Assembly: GCA_017550145.1 (NCBI GenBank)
Contig: JAFZQG010000015.1
Location: 73,934 to 137,933, forward strand
Length of the DNA: 64,000 bases
From: Erysipelotrichaceae bacterium
Lineage (GTDB): Bacteria; Bacillota_I; Bacilli_A; Erysipelotrichales; Erysipelotrichaceae
Reading direction: 5' to 3'
In this document: positions 62,512-64,000 of the stretch, piece by piece
How the letters are laid out: every line of letters begins with the position of its first letter
Position numbering within the stretch: position 1 is the stretch's first letter
Translations under genes and position numbers: made by a program
The notes under the pieces: generated by a model
Databases searched by the model: none
The model's input: only the letters and a program-made list of their open reading frames with translations
What the model was told of the DNA's origin: nothing

Positions 62512-63885
62512 ATGAATTTTGAACATCTGCTGAACAATATCCCTGATTATAAAGTTTTTCTTACTGTTGATGAAATGAACGAGAGTTCCCGTAAACTCGC
62601 AGCAGAGTATCCGGACATCGTGACGATGTGGGAAGCCGGCAAATCAACAAAAGGCGAACCGATCTACTGTCTGAAGATCGGTGAGGGATCCAAGAACGCC
62701 TTTATGTTTGGTTCTCCGCACCCGAATGAGCCGATGGGCTGCATGATGCTGGAATACTTTACCAGATATCTCTGTGAGAATGATGATTTCCGCAAGGAAT
62801 TCGATTACACCTGGTATATCATCAAGAGTATTGATGTCGATGGCACCAAACTGAATGAAGGATGGTTTAAAGGACCGTTCACGCTGGCCAACTACGCCCG
62901 TAACTTCTACCGTCCGATCGGTTCCGAACAGGCCGAATGGACATTCCCGTTTGAATACAAGAAATACAAGTGGGATACACCGATTCCGGAAACGCAGACA
63001 TTAATGAAGATCATTGATGAGACCAAACCGGCCTTCATGTATTCATTACATAATGCGGGATTCGGTGGAGCATACTGGTATCTGACCAGACAGGCGCCGG
63101 AGATCTATGAAAAACTTTACGCAGCAGCTAAAAGGCAGAATGTTCCTTTACATTTAGGAGAACCGGAAGCTCCGTTTATTCCGCAGTTCTCCAAAGCGAT
63201 ATACAAAATGATCGCCATGGCCGAAGAATATGATTTCGCTGAGCAGTATGGTGAAGGCGATCCGGTCGATTCGATGTTTGCGGGAGATAGTTCCGATTCC
63301 TATGCCAGCAAGTACAATACATTCTGTCTGGTAGCGGAACTTCCGTACTTCTATTCACCGAAGATCGAAGATACCAGTGAGCTCTCTTATACGAGACTCG
63401 AAGCCGTGGAGAAGGGCTTAAAAGCCAATCTCGAGATCGAAGACCGTATGGCTTACTTCTTTGATCAGTATCGTGATCTCTGCGGTCCTGACAACAATTT
63501 CGTCAAGATCGTCGGTCGAAGCCTTGATGATCGCAAGAAGGATTACAATACCCAGTTAAACTTTGCGCGCCAGAACGAAGAAAACAAGAAACCGTGCAAA
63601 GTTTCCGAAGAGTTCGATAATCTGATCGTAACGCAGTTCTATAAGATGCTTTCATGGGGTTCTCTGATCAGAGGCGCCAAATACGAAAGAGACAAGCGTA
63701 AAGGCACAAAAGAAGAAGAACTGCTCAATACGCTGATTCCGCAGATGGAGAAAGAATTTGATGATCTGGCTGCCAGAGTTGAAGAACTGACACAATATTC
63801 GGTTGTTGATATCAGAAGACTCGTTGGTGTGCAACTCGAAAGCGGCATGATAGTAGCTGATTATATCAAGAATCAAGGAGAATAA
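62512..63885 (+). CDS. M14-family zinc carboxypeptidase-like protein, cytoplasmic
   Basis: 457 aa. HxxE zinc motif in GSPHPNEPMG and third-ligand context YSLHNAGFGG. No signal peptide. Confidence 0.7.
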   Translation: MNFEHLLNNIPDYKVFLTVDEMNESSRKLAAEYPDIVTMWEAGKSTKGEPIYCLKIGEGSKNAFMFGSPHPNEPMGCMMLEYFTRYLCENDDFRKEFDYTWYIIKSIDVDGTKLNEGWFKGPFTLANYARNFYRPIGSEQAEWTFPFEYKKYKWDTPIPETQTLMKIIDETKPAFMYSLHNAGFGGAYWYLTRQAPEIYEKLYAAAKRQNVPLHLGEPEAPFIPQFSKAIYKMIAMAEEYDFAEQYGEGDPVDSMFAGDSSDSYASKYNTFCLVAELPYFYSPKIEDTSELSYTRLEAVEKGLKANLEIEDRMAYFFDQYRDLCGPDNNFVKIVGRSLDDRKKDYNTQLNFARQNEENKKPCKVSEEFDNLIVTQFYKMLSWGSLIRGAKYERDKRKGTKEEELLNTLIPQMEKEFDDLAARVEELTQYSVVDIRRLVGVQLESGMIVADYIKNQGE

Positions 63886-63891
63886 AAAAAT

Positions 63892-64000
63892 ATGAAAAAA
63901 GGATTATTGTTACTTCCGTTAGGAGCTTATCTGCTTTACAAAATGAACATCAAAGGTTCGACACCGAAGATCGAAGGTGAGAATGCGATTTCCGAACTGA
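63892..64000 (+). CDS. 5-prime fragment of an ORF running off the window (hydrophobic N-terminus)
   Basis: ATG at 63892 is preceded by GGAG. It translates as MKKGLLLLPLGAYLLYKMNIKGSTPKIEGENAISEL. Only 36 codons are visible. Confidence 0.3.
   Translation, partial: MKKGLLLLPLGAYLLYKMNIKGSTPKIEGENAISEL

Noticed and set aside
1-64000. CRISPR arrays, IS elements or transposases, prophage genes, rRNA operons and known multi-gene defence systems.
   Set aside because: The longest non-coding stretches are about 220 bp or less, and each is explained by a T-box, a tRNA or promoters. No repeat-spacer periodicity, terminal inverted repeats, transposase or recombinase motifs were seen. No restriction-modification, Cas, helicase-nuclease or similar defence-type genes were seen.

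Overview
This is a 64 kb chromosomal segment from a low-GC Gram-positive (Bacillota-type) genome. It uses the standard genetic code: TGA serves as the stop codon in many ATGA gene junctions. I recognise about 67 protein genes, two singleton tRNA-Leu genes (anticodons GAG and CAG, both on the minus strand) and one T-box leader upstream of leuS. I found no rRNA, CRISPR array, transposase, integrase or prophage gene.

The backbone is housekeeping, with Bacillus-like synteny blocks: mnmE-tatD, pth-mfd-S4 protein-divIC, tmk-holB-ricT-rsmI, typA, ftsEX and leuS. Less ordinary modules sit between these blocks:
- a ytr-like GntR/ABC envelope cluster containing a multi-PASTA membrane protein with no kinase domain (1438-8029)
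- an XpaC-like membrane protein, a 170-aa unknown and a chimeric two-module AAA+ ATPase, next to a divergent acidic coiled-coil protein (8083-12290)
- a small Phd-like / degenerate PIN-like gene pair (22007-22614)
- a four-gene segment bracketed by the two tRNA-Leu genes (28026-32230)
- a translationally coupled RNA-modification operon (34255-37745)
- a four-domain flavodiiron protein
- darA-azlCD
- an MFS-PadR-DUF1700/DUF4097 module
- a divergent peptide import and degradation locus with a near-consensus CodY box and a catalytic/degenerate amidohydrolase pair (52644-63885)

One sequence-level pattern recurs. At least eight genes, and both tRNAs, have a TATAAT-type -10 box 6-9 nt upstream of the start codon or mature 5-prime end, with no Shine-Dalgarno sequence. 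This suggests widespread leaderless expression.

The best candidates for something undescribed are the XpaC-like/AAA+ cluster and the PASTA/MacB-type ABC pairing. Neither is proven. All family assignments rest on motif recognition by eye, because no database search, HMM scan or folding calculation could be run.
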